Positions 18,801 to 27,615 of a stretch of 64,000 bases of DNA are shown here, in pieces (the stretch's first letter is position 1; each line of letters starts with the position of its first letter). A model generated the notes under the pieces. It saw only the letters and a program-made list of their open reading frames with translations, did not search any database and was not told the DNA's origin. Source of the stretch: Alphaproteobacteria bacterium 43-37 (GTDB lineage: Bacteria; Pseudomonadota; Alphaproteobacteria; 43-37); the NCBI GenBank assembly GCA_001897475.1, contig MKSY01000014.1:114290-178289 (forward strand), given 5' to 3'. The position numbers and the translations under genes are program-made.

Positions 18801-19255
18801 CGCACAGTATCAACACGATTATATCCAAGAGCCACCAACGATTCTTTAAGCTTGCCAAAATGAACCGCCTCGCCCACTTTCCAATAACGAGTATGCTGTT
18901 CAAGGAAGGATCTTAAAGGCAGCCTTTCAAATGCGCTTTCCATGGACATAATCACAATATTAATAGGCTCACTGAGGATACGGTGAAGCGATCGAATTCT
19001 TTGAGCCAAGATAGACGGATGGGCTGACAAAGCATTGTAAAAACCAAGCCCTGTTTCAGGTAACGCCACCACACGTGCACTTGGACAGAAAAATGTTACT
19101 TGCTCCAACCACTCTTCAACAACCAGCTTATCATCAGCTAAAACTAAGCACTTAGCATCAGATTGCTTAGATAACCATCGCTGCTCTATCCACGGCATGA
19201 TCGCTACACTGGGGCAATAGATTTGGGTAACATTAACCATGAATGCTACCTTCAA
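15839..19255 (-). CDS. mfd: Transcription-repair coupling factor
   Basis: 1138 aa with GDYVVHKDHGIGQY, LICGDVGFGKTEVA, LLIIDEEHHFGV, TATPIPRTL and YQLRGRVGR. The exact start is uncertain (19255, 19240 or 19198). Confidence 0.95.
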   Translation of the reverse strand: MKVAFMVNVTQIYCPSVAIMPWIEQRWLSKQSDAKCLVLADDKLVVEEWLEQVTFFCPSARVVALPETGLGFYNALSAHPSILAQRIRSLHRILSEPINIVIMSMESAFERLPLRSFLEQHTRYWKVGEAVHFGKLKESLVALGYNRVDTVRTYGEFAVRGDIVDVFSPASDLPVRMDFFGETIESAFFFDPIEQRRQSSLETVVVLPAHICLANQDSSKVFAKNCQAYFENAGDYYSYIQSLNEGVSWQGIELLFPLFFEKPCPSIFEFFQPNLVLSQSSLPLKLEQFSEKISLSRQQALKDKAPNLGAYLPEDKRFVLTMQEIDAHHQTRVEVTALKTVNVEQTDFHPLLSSQAKDQLEKLSQTESFIQKLRQHMEKQEAVLIACCSDHAVQRVKHFLSEAGIVCQDAPAHFWDIPTKMVSVVQLSLSQGFQWHGNYVYAEEDIFGTRIQRQTKTRRSAESVFKELSQVAEGDYVVHKDHGIGQYVELELIDISGSSHDCLKIMYADDDRLFLPVENIDLICRYGNVDGKVQLDKLGAASWQNRQARIKKKIQDIADKLIKIAAERKIKPGEICVPETGLFDEFCAHFPYPETDDQLNAVEDILQDLQSGMPMDRLICGDVGFGKTEVAMRAAFIVAMTGAQVAVVVPTTLLSRQHEINFKTRFEPFGLKVASLSRLKSFKEAEKVKADLKAGRVQVVIATHAIFAQNIDFSHLGLLIIDEEHHFGVVQKEKLKEKFPHVHLLSMTATPIPRTLHMALSGVREMSLIATPPVDRLAVKTYLTAFDATIIRGAIQQELDRKGQVFYISPRLEELDKILETLSEIVPEARVRIAHGQMRPAELEGVMAAFYAREFDILLATSIVESGIDLPSANTIIIHRADLFGMAQLYQLRGRVGRGQIQGHAYLLLPHYELKSKSMQRLSLLESLDTLGAGFTLASHDMDIRGVGNLVGEAQSGHIREVGVELYQSMLNDAILARQTITEKTKASSHFSPQLNLGLPIFIPQSYIFDHSLRLHLYRRAGNLKDEAAIDDFAAELKDRFGPLPSSVVNFMDILKIKVLCVVANIEKVDVGPKGVLFHLHQNIFPNPDALIEFVQNQVGLVRVRPDQRLSLIRAWPNLEQRILGIKEFVKTLASFCR

Positions 19256-19499
19256 GGGTTACAAGCCATTGCCTAAAACTTTTGATAATTTCTATGAATT
19301 GTTGAGGTGAAGCCTCTTTACACTTGCCCCACGCCATAATTTTATCATCGTCTTCATAAAGAAAATCACATAAGGCTGGTAGCATCCCTGGGTCAACACT
19401 CATCAGAAAGTTTTTCACAAAACTCCCAATAATATGATCTGCTTCTTTTGTCCCCCGATGAGAGGATAGGTACAGGGCTTTTTTATGTAGATCAGTCAT
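19233..19499 (-). CDS. sdhE: FAD assembly factor SdhE (succinate dehydrogenase assembly factor 2)
   Basis: 88 aa with an RGxxExD-type motif (SSHRGTKEADHIIGSF). It sits immediately upstream of mfd, as in many alphaproteobacteria. Confidence 0.75.
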   Translation of the reverse strand: MTDLHKKALYLSSHRGTKEADHIIGSFVKNFLMSVDPGMLPALCDFLYEDDDKIMAWGKCKEASPQQFIEIIKSFRQWLVTLEGSIHG

Positions 19500-19539
19500 G
19501 TTTGATCAGTTTCAATCGTTATCCCAGTTCCTCATGTGT

Positions 19540-19800
19540 CACCTTTAGACACTCCTCATGCCCACCTTTAGGCGCTTCTCATGTCCACCTTTAGACGGTT
19601 CTTATCTTCCCGGGCGGTTCTTGTCACCCCAGGCGGTTATTGTCATCCCGCACTTGATGCGGGATCCAGACTTTTATGGATCCCCGCATACGCGAGGATG
19701 ACAGGGAAAAGAGCGAGGATGCACCCTAACCGTCACACAGCACCCTAACCGTCACAAGGCGCTCTAACCGTCACACAGCACCCTACCACATCAACTGACA
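19540..19800. repeat. Repeat cluster A: ~20-nt degenerate tandem units, one ~63-bp MITE-like palindromic unit (19641-19703) and a ~21-nt tandem (19722-19792)
   Basis: The unit is TGTCATCCCGCACTTGATGCGGGATCCAGACTTTTATGGATCCCCGCATACGCGAGGATGACA. The tandem is caccctaaccgtcacacag, about 3 copies. Confidence 0.8.
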
Positions 19801-19817
19801 TATTCCAAAACAACCTG

Positions 19818-19907
19818 TGGCGGATGGGGTGGGATTCGAACCCACGAAGAGCTTTCACCCTTGCCGGTTTTCAAGACCGGTGCCTTCAACCGCTCGGCCA
19901 CCCATCC
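19818..19907 (-). tRNA. tRNA-Ser(UGA)
   Basis: The reverse complement is GGATGGGTGGCCGAGCGGTTGAAGGCACCGGTCTTGAAAACCGGCAAGGGTGAAAGCTCTTCGTGGGTTCGAATCCCACCCCATCCGCCA. It has a long variable arm and the anticodon loop CTTGAAA. Confidence 0.9.
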
Positions 19908-20134
19908 ATACTTGGTCGCAAGCAACATCTCACAAATGCGATGTGCAGTCTAGTGGGATTCAGAAGTTTTTCAATGCATTTTTTACACATGAAAATTATA
20001 GTAATGAAAAGGCACTCATCTGATGCTACCGTCTTATCATCAGCGTCTTTGTGTTTTTTCCTTCTCGCGCTCTTCTGCAGCTTCCATCATTTTAATTAAC
20101 GAGTTTAGAGTCTCATGATGTTTTTAAAAAACAC

Positions 20135-20638
20135 TTAAATTTTTAACAAATACCCAACCAAAAATAGGCTAAATATCGCAACTGGAGAAAATACAGAGCG
20201 AACTTGCCCAAACCACACAGGAATCTCTTCCCAACGACTTAACCGAAAATCCACAACCCATTGGGCAACATAACATACACCCAGCCATATAAAGGCTATG
20301 CTCCTTGGCCCCAACAGGAGAGAAAACCAACCCGCCCAATGAATAAGCAGGCTCCATACATACAGGATCTTGTCTGGCCATAGAGAATCAGGGGCCATCC
20401 AACGCCGGATCATGGTATGACCCCACGTGATACCGCCTAAAAATGACAGAGCTATCGCTGCATAAGTCAGCATAAAAACTGCACCGGATACAGGGATATC
20501 TGCCATGAGAAGCAGATCCAGCCGTGTGCCTTTTTTACAAATACTGAGAAGGCCCACAAAAAACGGCAGCCAACCTAGCAACGCTAATGCAAAAATAAAA
20601 CTAGGCCTACCTTTTCCCAATCTCCGCTCCCTGTGCAT
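20135..20638 (-). CDS. DUF3429-like integral membrane protein
   Basis: 167 aa with about 4-5 hydrophobic segments and the motif YAAIALSFLGGITWG. Confidence 0.6.
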   Translation of the reverse strand: MHRERRLGKGRPSFIFALALLGWLPFFVGLLSICKKGTRLDLLLMADIPVSGAVFMLTYAAIALSFLGGITWGHTMIRRWMAPDSLWPDKILYVWSLLIHWAGWFSLLLGPRSIAFIWLGVCYVAQWVVDFRLSRWEEIPVWFGQVRSVFSPVAIFSLFLVGYLLKI

Positions 20639-20716
20639 ATACTCATAAAATAGGTGATCTTCGCTTATATGGCAATTTCAAATCGACATTTTGCGCCGAC
20701 TTATGTATAACCATCG

Positions 20717-20810
20717 TGGGACTGGCCATGGACAGGTCACTCGCCAACCCGGTCAGGTTCGGAAGAAAGCAGCCGTAACGATCATGCCCTGGGTCATGCG
20801 TCCAGTCTCA
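20717..20810 (+). ncRNA. ffs: Signal recognition particle RNA (4.5S, small bacterial type)
   Basis: It has the conserved domain IV core GGTCAGGTTCGGAAGAAAGCAGCC. The 5' TGGGACTGG pairs with the 3' CCAGTCTCA. It lies directly upstream of dnaX. Ends are good to about 5 nt. Confidence 0.8.
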
Positions 20811-20839
20811 AGCTAAAAACAAAGCTGGATTTATAACAC

Positions 20840-22471
20840 ATGCTTTTTTCTGAAGCGAACCAAACTGCCTCATCCTATAAGGTTCTTGCGCGCGCCTATC
20901 GCCCAGAAACATTCGAAGACCTTATCGGCCAAGAACAACTGGTATCTTCACTTAAGCAAGCACTATCAAATGGCAGATTGCCTCACGCTTTCATTTTCTC
21001 GGGTATTCGTGGTGTGGGCAAAACAACCACCGCCCGCATTTTAGCTCGCTGTTTAAACTGTGAAACAGGCCCAACCATCACGCCATGTGGCCATTGCGGA
21101 TCATGCGTTGCCATCAAAGAAGATCGGCATCTTGATGTTATAGAAATTGACGCCGCCAGTCGCACAGGTGTTGATGATATGCGAGAGCTCATTGAAGCTG
21201 GCCGTTATAAGGCTGTCTCGGGTCGTTACAAAATTTTCATCATTGATGAAGTTCATATGCTATCTAAAAGCGCTTTCAACGCTCTTTTAAAAACCCTGGA
21301 AGAACCACCACCCCACCTTATTTTTATTTTTGCTACAACCGAGACGGATAAAATCCCTACAACGATTTTATCCCGTTGCACCCGTTGCGAGCTGAAACGA
21401 ATTGATAACAATACATTAGCCAAGCATTTTGCTGACATAGCCACACGCGAAAATGCCACCATCTCTGACGAAGCCGCACAAATTATTGCACGAGCATCAG
21501 ATGGTTCCGTTCGCGATGGATTATCGCTATTAGATCAAGCTATTACAACTTCTGACAAAAATGTTGATGCCCAAACAGTTAATACTATGCTTGGCCTCAT
21601 GGATAAGGCAACCATCTTACCATTCATTGAGCAGATTCTCATCGCGGATACAAAACAGGCATTAACTCTTGCCCTTGGGTTTTACAAAAATGGTGCCAAC
21701 CCTCAAAAAATTGTAGAAGACTCACTGGAAGCAATCCACGCTCTTGCCACATTTCAATTTGGCGAAAGCGAAGAAGAGCTACCCAGTTATGTGATCTCGG
21801 CCCGCAATGATATCGAACATCTAGCGAAACGATCCAATACCCCTCAGCTTTTAGCCATATGGGAACACCTCATTCTTGCATTAACTGAAATCGAACTTTC
21901 CCCAAGTCCATTGCTAGCTCTTGAAATGGCTATAATTCGTCTATGTCAGACCTTAAAAGAGCAGCAACTTACTTCTTCTTCACCTAACACACCTGGTGAA
22001 GATCAACGCAAGCCTCAAGGGCCTACGCAACAAATCTCAACGACTATTGCACCAGTGACAGCTGTATCTATAGCATCGCCTATCCAGGACGACCCTGTCG
22101 AAACAATCACTGTATTGCCAAAAACCATGGAAGAGATTTTGAATCTCCTCATTGAACATAAAGAAGTGCTTCTGGCCGAACAGGTACGAAGAGACATTCG
22201 CCCTATACACCTGAATGGGACTACTTTGCAAATTGCACTCCACACAAATGCAGATAATAAACTTGGGCAAAATCTTTCCAAAGCATTGGCACACATAACA
22301 GGTGATTCCTGGATTATTGACGTGCAAACTCAAAGCGTGAACCCAACGCTTCTTGAAGCGCAGAAAATGCAAGACGAAGCCTTACATGCTAAATTGCTTT
22401 CTCATCCATTAACGCAATCAGCGATGGAGATTTTTCCTGGTTCTGACGTACGTACACTGCTTAAACATTAA
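20840..22471 (+). CDS. dnaX: DNA polymerase III subunit gamma/tau
   Basis: Motifs: YRPETFEDLIGQE, HAFIFSGIRGVGKTTTARILA, a CxxCxxC zinc module and IFIIDEVHMLS. Confidence 0.95.
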   Translation: MLFSEANQTASSYKVLARAYRPETFEDLIGQEQLVSSLKQALSNGRLPHAFIFSGIRGVGKTTTARILARCLNCETGPTITPCGHCGSCVAIKEDRHLDVIEIDAASRTGVDDMRELIEAGRYKAVSGRYKIFIIDEVHMLSKSAFNALLKTLEEPPPHLIFIFATTETDKIPTTILSRCTRCELKRIDNNTLAKHFADIATRENATISDEAAQIIARASDGSVRDGLSLLDQAITTSDKNVDAQTVNTMLGLMDKATILPFIEQILIADTKQALTLALGFYKNGANPQKIVEDSLEAIHALATFQFGESEEELPSYVISARNDIEHLAKRSNTPQLLAIWEHLILALTEIELSPSPLLALEMAIIRLCQTLKEQQLTSSSPNTPGEDQRKPQGPTQQISTTIAPVTAVSIASPIQDDPVETITVLPKTMEEILNLLIEHKEVLLAEQVRRDIRPIHLNGTTLQIALHTNADNKLGQNLSKALAHITGDSWIIDVQTQSVNPTLLEAQKMQDEALHAKLLSHPLTQSAMEIFPGSDVRTLLKH

Positions 22472-22495
22472 CAACTTAAAATAAATGAGGATCTC

Positions 22496-22819
22496 GTGAA
22501 TCAATTGCAACAAATGCTCAAACAAGCCCAAAAAATTCAGAATCAAATGTCGGAAGCTCAAGAAAAATTAGCAGCTCAGGAAGTACAAGGATCTTCAGGT
22601 GGCGGGTTGGTCACAGTTTCCGTCAATGGTCGCGGTGAGATGAAGCGTGTCAAGATTGACCCATCTCTCCTTACCCCAGAAGAATCTGATGTTTTAGAAG
22701 ACCTTATCGTCGCCGCATACAATGATGCCAAGAGCAAAGCTGAGGGCATGATGAGCGAAGAAATGGGCAAAATTACAGGTGGGCTAGGCTTGCCACCTGG
22801 ATTTCAATTTCCTCTGTAA
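22496..22819 (+). CDS. ybaB: Nucleoid-associated protein YbaB/EbfC
   Basis: 107 aa with a GTG start: MNQLQQMLKQAQKIQNQMSEAQEKL..GGGLVTVSVNGRGEMKRVKIDPSL. It sits between dnaX and recR. Confidence 0.9.
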   Translation: MNQLQQMLKQAQKIQNQMSEAQEKLAAQEVQGSSGGGLVTVSVNGRGEMKRVKIDPSLLTPEESDVLEDLIVAAYNDAKSKAEGMMSEEMGKITGGLGLPPGFQFPL

Positions 22820-22828
22820 TCGTTCAAT

Positions 22829-23428
22829 ATGCAAAGCGCAGAACTGCAACATCTGATTCAGCTATTGGCCAAGTTGCCCGGGTTGGGCCCTCGGTCCGGA
22901 CGCAGAGCTGCGCTTCATCTAGTCAAAAATAAACAAACTCTCATGCACTCTTTAATGGTTTCACTTAAAGAGGTCTACGACAAGCTTCTTTCGTGTTCGA
23001 CTTGTGGAAATTTGGACACCTCTGACCCCTGCGGCATCTGCACAGATCCACGTCGTGAAAATTCTTCCATATGCGTTATTGAATCTGTTGCAGACCTATG
23101 GGCATTGGAGCGAACATCTTCTTTCAAAGGTAAATATCACATCCTAGGCGGAGTACTTTCCATCCAGCAAGGCAATACTCCTGACAAACTTACCATCCAA
23201 ACCCTGGTGGATCGAGTAGCCGCTGAAAAGCCTCAAGAAGTTATCCTGGCTTTAAGCGCCACCCCAGAAGGCGTCACAACGACCCACTACCTTGTTGACG
23301 CTCTTAAATCTTACCCAGTAACGGTTACCGGCATTGCTCATGGCGTCCCTATTGGCGGAGAGTTAGACTATCTTGATGATGGTACAATATACGCAGCTCT
23401 CAAAGAACGCAGACCCTATAGTTCATAA
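22829..23428 (+). CDS. recR: Recombination protein RecR
   Basis: Motifs: LPGLGPRSGRRAALHL, the Cys4 zinc finger CSTCGNLDTSDPCGIC, and a Toprim region. Confidence 0.95.
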   Translation: MQSAELQHLIQLLAKLPGLGPRSGRRAALHLVKNKQTLMHSLMVSLKEVYDKLLSCSTCGNLDTSDPCGICTDPRRENSSICVIESVADLWALERTSSFKGKYHILGGVLSIQQGNTPDKLTIQTLVDRVAAEKPQEVILALSATPEGVTTTHYLVDALKSYPVTVTGIAHGVPIGGELDYLDDGTIYAALKERRPYSS

Positions 23429-23595
23429 ATACTTCCTAGCCCTATTCGCTGCTATTTAGGCCACTTAACTATATATTAATAATGAATTATGATGGATTAG
23501 ATTATTTTATTAGCGTTAAAAAAACTACGATCCACTTAAAGAATGTCGCCCTTATAACTCGCCACAGCTGGTTTTACAGTAAGGCCCAATTATCA

Positions 23596-23949
23596 TTATT
23601 GAGCTCTAGCATTACGACTGAGATTATATAAACGCTCTGTCCTTCGTAAAGCGGGAACTGGGCCTTCATCAGCATTGCCACCCTCAGCTGGAACTGGCCC
23701 TGCAGTTGCAGCCGCAGCTGTCGCATGATCGGCTTCCCTTGCCCTTTGATCCGCCAACTCCCTAGCTCGAAGAGCAGCTAACTGAACCTGCGTATCATTT
23801 TGTAAATTTTGCACCGTTGGGATAGTACCTGCCCTAGGTCCACCTTCCAATGGTGGGACAAAACCATCTCTGCCAGATTGCGCATGAAGCAGCGATGTCG
23901 TTAATACAAGAGAGACACTCCATACCTTCACACAAATTTTCATAAGCAA
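23596..23949 (-). CDS. Small secreted Ala/Pro-rich hypothetical protein
   Basis: 117 aa with the signal peptide MKICVKVWSVSLVLTTSLLHAQS. No motif I recognise. Confidence 0.5.
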   Translation of the reverse strand: MLMKICVKVWSVSLVLTTSLLHAQSGRDGFVPPLEGGPRAGTIPTVQNLQNDTQVQLAALRARELADQRAREADHATAAAATAGPVPAEGGNADEGPVPALRRTERLYNLSRNARAQ

Positions 23950-24021
23950 TTCCCTACATTAAAATAAAACAACAACTCTACTGTTATTACCTGTTTATTA
24001 ACAAAACATTAACACTTTTGG

Positions 24022-25860
24022 TTAACTGGTTCTTGCTTCAGGAGTTGATGCCCCCTGGGTAGTACCCTCAGCAGGTGGCGCTACTACAGAACCCACAGCA
24101 GGTGGCACTACTTCAGCTATACCAGCTACCTTGCTTAAAGCATCTTGCCAAAATTGAGGATAGAAGAAAGCCCCATTTCCACTGTTTACAGAAGCCACGT
24201 CAATGGAAGTCACATTAAAGGCCTTCATAATGCCGCGCACTAAGGGAAGGTTTGTTGCGATACTGGGAGCAATAAATTTCGGCATACCAGCTTTCTCAAT
24301 TATAGTTCCAAGCTGCTCCATAGAAAGACCATCCAACCCTTCCATAGCAACCGTTAATCCTTCCTCAGTAATCCTGGTTGTTTCAGGGGTAAATTGACGG
24401 ACTAGCTTTAGTATCCCCGCATACACATTACCAATACCAATTACAGAGCCGTCACCATACTTTGAGATCATTTTTTGGAGCTGTGGTAGGGTATCTCCAG
24501 TTAATGCCGTGTTTCGAGCACTGGTTAATTCTAACGATCGTCCTGTCATCCATTCCAAATTTTCGATCGACCATCTCGCATCTGCAAGCGAACCTACCCC
24601 ATAATCTTGCTGCATTTGATTTGCGAATGTAGCTGACGCTACTTCTGTTCCATAAACCAATACATCAGGTTCGCCCGAACCAAAGAAGCGTGCCGTCATG
24701 GATTGCGGCATTTCACGACTCAGCTGCAAACTTCCTCCACCCGTATCTAAAATGGGGTGTAAAGACGTATCAATTCCAGCTGATTGAGCAGCAACTAACC
24801 CCAATTTTCCTTCGTCGAGCTGTGACGCCACATTCAATGTTACACCAGTTTTCTGACGAACCATTTCTATATAATCTGCCACATTAGTGGCTCCTGAACG
24901 CGCCCATGCTGTTGCAATGCCCGTAATATGCCTTGGAGAAATGCCAGCCTTCTTAGCGGTTTCTACCAGTTTGTCGATGGCATCAGAGGCTTCTACCATA
25001 GTTTTGCTATCCAGCATTTTGACTGTGGTTGCCCCTTCAGTCACCGTTTGCATGGTCTTAGACAAACTCACACCATATTGGCCGAGAGGAGTTTCTTTCA
25101 AGATTGTTTTGGTAAATGGGTTATAAACTATAGCAGTCCCTTTAATAGCACCAGATCCATTATCAATAATGGCTTTAGTAGCTGATAACGTGGTGTCGCC
25201 TAAAGCATATAGGGCATCGCGGATATATGGAGTCCCATACCAGGCCGCTAGCCCTGCCACACCAACGGCCGCTATCGCTTGTACCGGATGCTGCTTGGCA
25301 TATGAAATAGCTGTACCAGCCATGCTAGCCATTGCACTGACTGCTGTTTTGGCAACGTTATAGGAAAGTAACGGCGCAGCTACCATTAGCCCAATAGCAA
25401 GCGGTTGGCTTTCAAGAAGACTTGGCGCCCAAAGATCAATTGCTTGCAATGCTCCTTGCGACATTACATGATTTAGATATCCACCAGCGATATCTTTGGC
25501 CAGCCCTTCTGAAGCCATGAAAGCGGGCGCTACCGCCCATGCTGGCGCGCCCAATATAGTCAACCCTGTGACAGCAGCTATTTTGGCCCCTGTCATCATG
25601 AATGGGTGATGTTGGGCAAAAGCCTGCTGAGCGGCATAAGCATTCATTGCGGTCTGCTTCGTAACAGCTGCGACCTGACCAGCCACTCTCATCGAAGCAG
25701 CAACAACCCCACTTGTGCCAACACTTTGAACAACATCAGAGGCGGCTTGTGATAAATCGGCAAAAGAAAGAGCTTTTGCTTTGCAAGGGACTACAGCGTT
25801 AAAGCTCATCGCCATCATAATACCTGAGAGCATTGCTGTTTTAAATCTTGATTTTTTCAT
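24022..25860 (-). CDS. Membrane-associated protein with a C-terminal Ppx/GppA-like (ASKHA-fold) domain
   Basis: The ORF track runs to 25905, but the start is likely ATG 25860 (MKKSRFKTAMLSGIMMAMSFNAVVPCKAKA). It has about 3 hydrophobic helices, then AIIDNGSGAIKG (phosphate-1-like), GIATAWARSGATNVADYIEMVRQKTGVTLNVASQLDEGKLGLVAA and ILDTGGGSLQLS (phosphate-2-like). Confidence 0.6.
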   Translation of the reverse strand: MKKSRFKTAMLSGIMMAMSFNAVVPCKAKALSFADLSQAASDVVQSVGTSGVVAASMRVAGQVAAVTKQTAMNAYAAQQAFAQHHPFMMTGAKIAAVTGLTILGAPAWAVAPAFMASEGLAKDIAGGYLNHVMSQGALQAIDLWAPSLLESQPLAIGLMVAAPLLSYNVAKTAVSAMASMAGTAISYAKQHPVQAIAAVGVAGLAAWYGTPYIRDALYALGDTTLSATKAIIDNGSGAIKGTAIVYNPFTKTILKETPLGQYGVSLSKTMQTVTEGATTVKMLDSKTMVEASDAIDKLVETAKKAGISPRHITGIATAWARSGATNVADYIEMVRQKTGVTLNVASQLDEGKLGLVAAQSAGIDTSLHPILDTGGGSLQLSREMPQSMTARFFGSGEPDVLVYGTEVASATFANQMQQDYGVGSLADARWSIENLEWMTGRSLELTSARNTALTGDTLPQLQKMISKYGDGSVIGIGNVYAGILKLVRQFTPETTRITEEGLTVAMEGLDGLSMEQLGTIIEKAGMPKFIAPSIATNLPLVRGIMKAFNVTSIDVASVNSGNGAFFYPQFWQDALSKVAGIAEVVPPAVGSVVAPPAEGTTQGASTPEARTS

Positions 25861-26151
25861 TAAATACCCTCTGTCAAAGCACCTATTACAAAAATAATAC
25901 CTCAAAAAGCCTAACTACTTATTAATAGAACTGACGCCGAAGTTCTGGATCTATTGTCGCTTCTGTTTTTTTAGGCCACAGGAAAAACTTAGCAATAATC
26001 TTGCGAAACTAACTAAAATTAAAAACAAATTATTAGCTATTTATCAATGAATTATACAAAATATCGCATATTAATTAATCATTAATAAACGCTTATACCC
26101 TAAATTTGTGAATGGTTTTCAACCCAAGTTTTCACTAAGGAGCAAACCGTT

Positions 26152-26481
26152 ATGAAATCCAAGAAAATCTTACTTTCCACAGCGTTTTCCCTCACCCTTC
26201 TAAGCGCAATTCCAAACAGCGCCCAAGCCATCACATGGGCTGAATTCAGGGAAGGCGCTTCACGCGTCTGGGCTGCCCTCACATCATGCGTAAGTGTTGC
26301 ACCAGCCATCCGCCAATCTATTGGGGCGGCCGTTGTCGCAATTAATCCTGATGCGGCCGATGAAGTGGCTCGCCTTCAGCAGCAAGCTGATGCTTTGCAT
26401 GGGCGCATTGTTGCAGGTGGCACAGCCGTAGCCGCAGCAGCAAGCACACTTGACGAAGCTCTAGCAGGCACGCGCAAGTAA
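26152..26481 (+). CDS. Small secreted Ala-rich hypothetical protein
   Basis: 109 aa. AAGGAG precedes the ATG. The signal peptide is MKSKKILLSTAFSLTLLSAIPNSAQA, and a hairpin terminator follows. Confidence 0.55.
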   Translation: MKSKKILLSTAFSLTLLSAIPNSAQAITWAEFREGASRVWAALTSCVSVAPAIRQSIGAAVVAINPDAADEVARLQQQADALHGRIVAGGTAVAAAASTLDEALAGTRK

Positions 26482-26517
26482 GTTTCAATTATTCATCATC
26501 CCTAATACCGTCTACTG

Positions 26518-26549
26518 CCTGCGGCTTCTCTTGAGGCCGCAGGTTTTTT
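26518..26549 (+). terminator. Rho-independent terminator
   Basis: CCTGCGGC-ttctcttgag-GCCGCAGG followed by TTTTTT. Confidence 0.75.
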
Positions 26550-26559
26550 GTATAATAAA

Positions 26560-27020
26560 AATGCTCCACCTCCCACCCTGCCCCCTTTGTCTTTCCCTCA
26601 CCTCTCTTTGCCTTTCCCGCACCCCTCCTTTTTGTCTTCCCGGACTTGAGATCCGGGACCCAGAAGTTTTATGGCCCCCGCTTTCGCGAGGGTGACAAGA
26701 AAAATAGTGTCTTTCCCGCACTTGATGCGGGAACCCAGGCTTTTTATGGCCCCCCGCTTTCGCGAGGGTGACAATGAGCGCGCGAAGATGACAGGAAAAG
26801 GAGCGAGGACGACAGGAAAAGGAGCGAGGACGACAGGAAAAAACCGGAAGTGACAGGGAAAAAACACGGATGACAGTGGAAACCGGACGACTCTTTGTCA
26901 GGTATAAGGAAAGGGTTGCTGAAGTTCTGAGAAAGTTGTGCAATGGAGGCAACGAGCCAGGTATAAGGAAAGTGTTGCTGAAGTTCTGAGAAAGTTGTGC
27001 AATGAAGGCAACGAGCCAGG
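26560..27020. repeat. Repeat cluster B: degenerate ~20-nt units, two ~65-bp MITE-like units (26633-26697 and 26708-26773), an ~21-nt tandem and a 59-bp tandem
   Basis: Unit: TGTCTTCCCGGACTTGAGATCCGGGACCCAGAAGTTTTATGGCCCCCGCTTTCGCGAGGGTGACA. The ORFs predicted here on both strands are repeat translations. Confidence 0.85.
26899..27016. repeat. Two tandem copies of a 59-bp unit
   Basis: caggtataaggaaag(g/t)gttgctgaagttctgagaaagttgtgcaatg(g/a)aggcaacgagc at 26899-26957 and 26958-27016. The copies differ at 2 positions. Confidence 0.9.
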
Positions 27021-27112
27021 AGATCGATTTTGTCAGCCAAGCGCCACACTATAGATGCTTTCTTGCAGGATCAGATGAAAAGTAATACTGTTTACCCAAC
27101 TGAATAAAGAGC

Positions 27113-27535
27113 TTGAGCATGATAAAACCAGTTTTAACCGTTGTGGCCGCAGCCATTGTTAGTCCAATGGGTGAAATCCTGCTAAGCCGAAGACCTGAAG
27201 GCAAATCAATGGCTGGCATGTGGGAATTTCCCGGCGGTAAAATGGAAGCCAATGAGTCGCCAGAACAAGCCCTACAGCGTGAACTGCTGGAAGAAATTGG
27301 CATCAAAGCGAAGACTCACACCATGACCCCTGCTGCTTTTGCCTCCCATGCTTATGAAGACTTTCATCTGCTCATGCCACTATTCTTAGTAAAAGAATGG
27401 ACAAATGATCCAGTTCCCCTTGAAGGGCAGCTGCTGCAATGGTTCAAACTATCCAAAATTGATACAGCCTCCATGCCGCCACCTGATGGTCCACTTGTCG
27501 ATCGCATTCGCGAAATGATTAAACCTATTCCCTAG
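27113..27535 (+). CDS. mutT: Nudix hydrolase, MutT-like 8-oxo-dGTP diphosphatase
   Basis: Nudix box: GMWEFPGGKMEANESPEQALQRELLEEIGI. Confidence 0.85.
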   Translation: MSMIKPVLTVVAAAIVSPMGEILLSRRPEGKSMAGMWEFPGGKMEANESPEQALQRELLEEIGIKAKTHTMTPAAFASHAYEDFHLLMPLFLVKEWTNDPVPLEGQLLQWFKLSKIDTASMPPPDGPLVDRIREMIKPIP

Positions 27536-27615
27536 GCTATACGGTTACGACCTAATGGACGGTATTGTCGGAGGTTCAAAAATCCTGTAGATTGGTGCAA
27601 AACAGGAGACAGGCA

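Noticed and set aside
19817-20099. ORFs 19817..20023 and 19824..20099 (+)
   Set aside because: They begin inside the minus-strand tRNA-Ser gene and are its antisense read-through. They are not coding.
26512-27049. ORFs of 89-146 aa on both strands inside repeat cluster B. The same applies to the 60-163-aa ORFs at 29101-29662 in cluster C.
   Set aside because: They overlap each other in several frames and on both strands. They consist of reiterated low-complexity peptides (PRFREGDKKK, FSCRPRSFSC, GKTKGG) that simply mirror the DNA repeats. They have no start context. I treat them as repeat artefacts.
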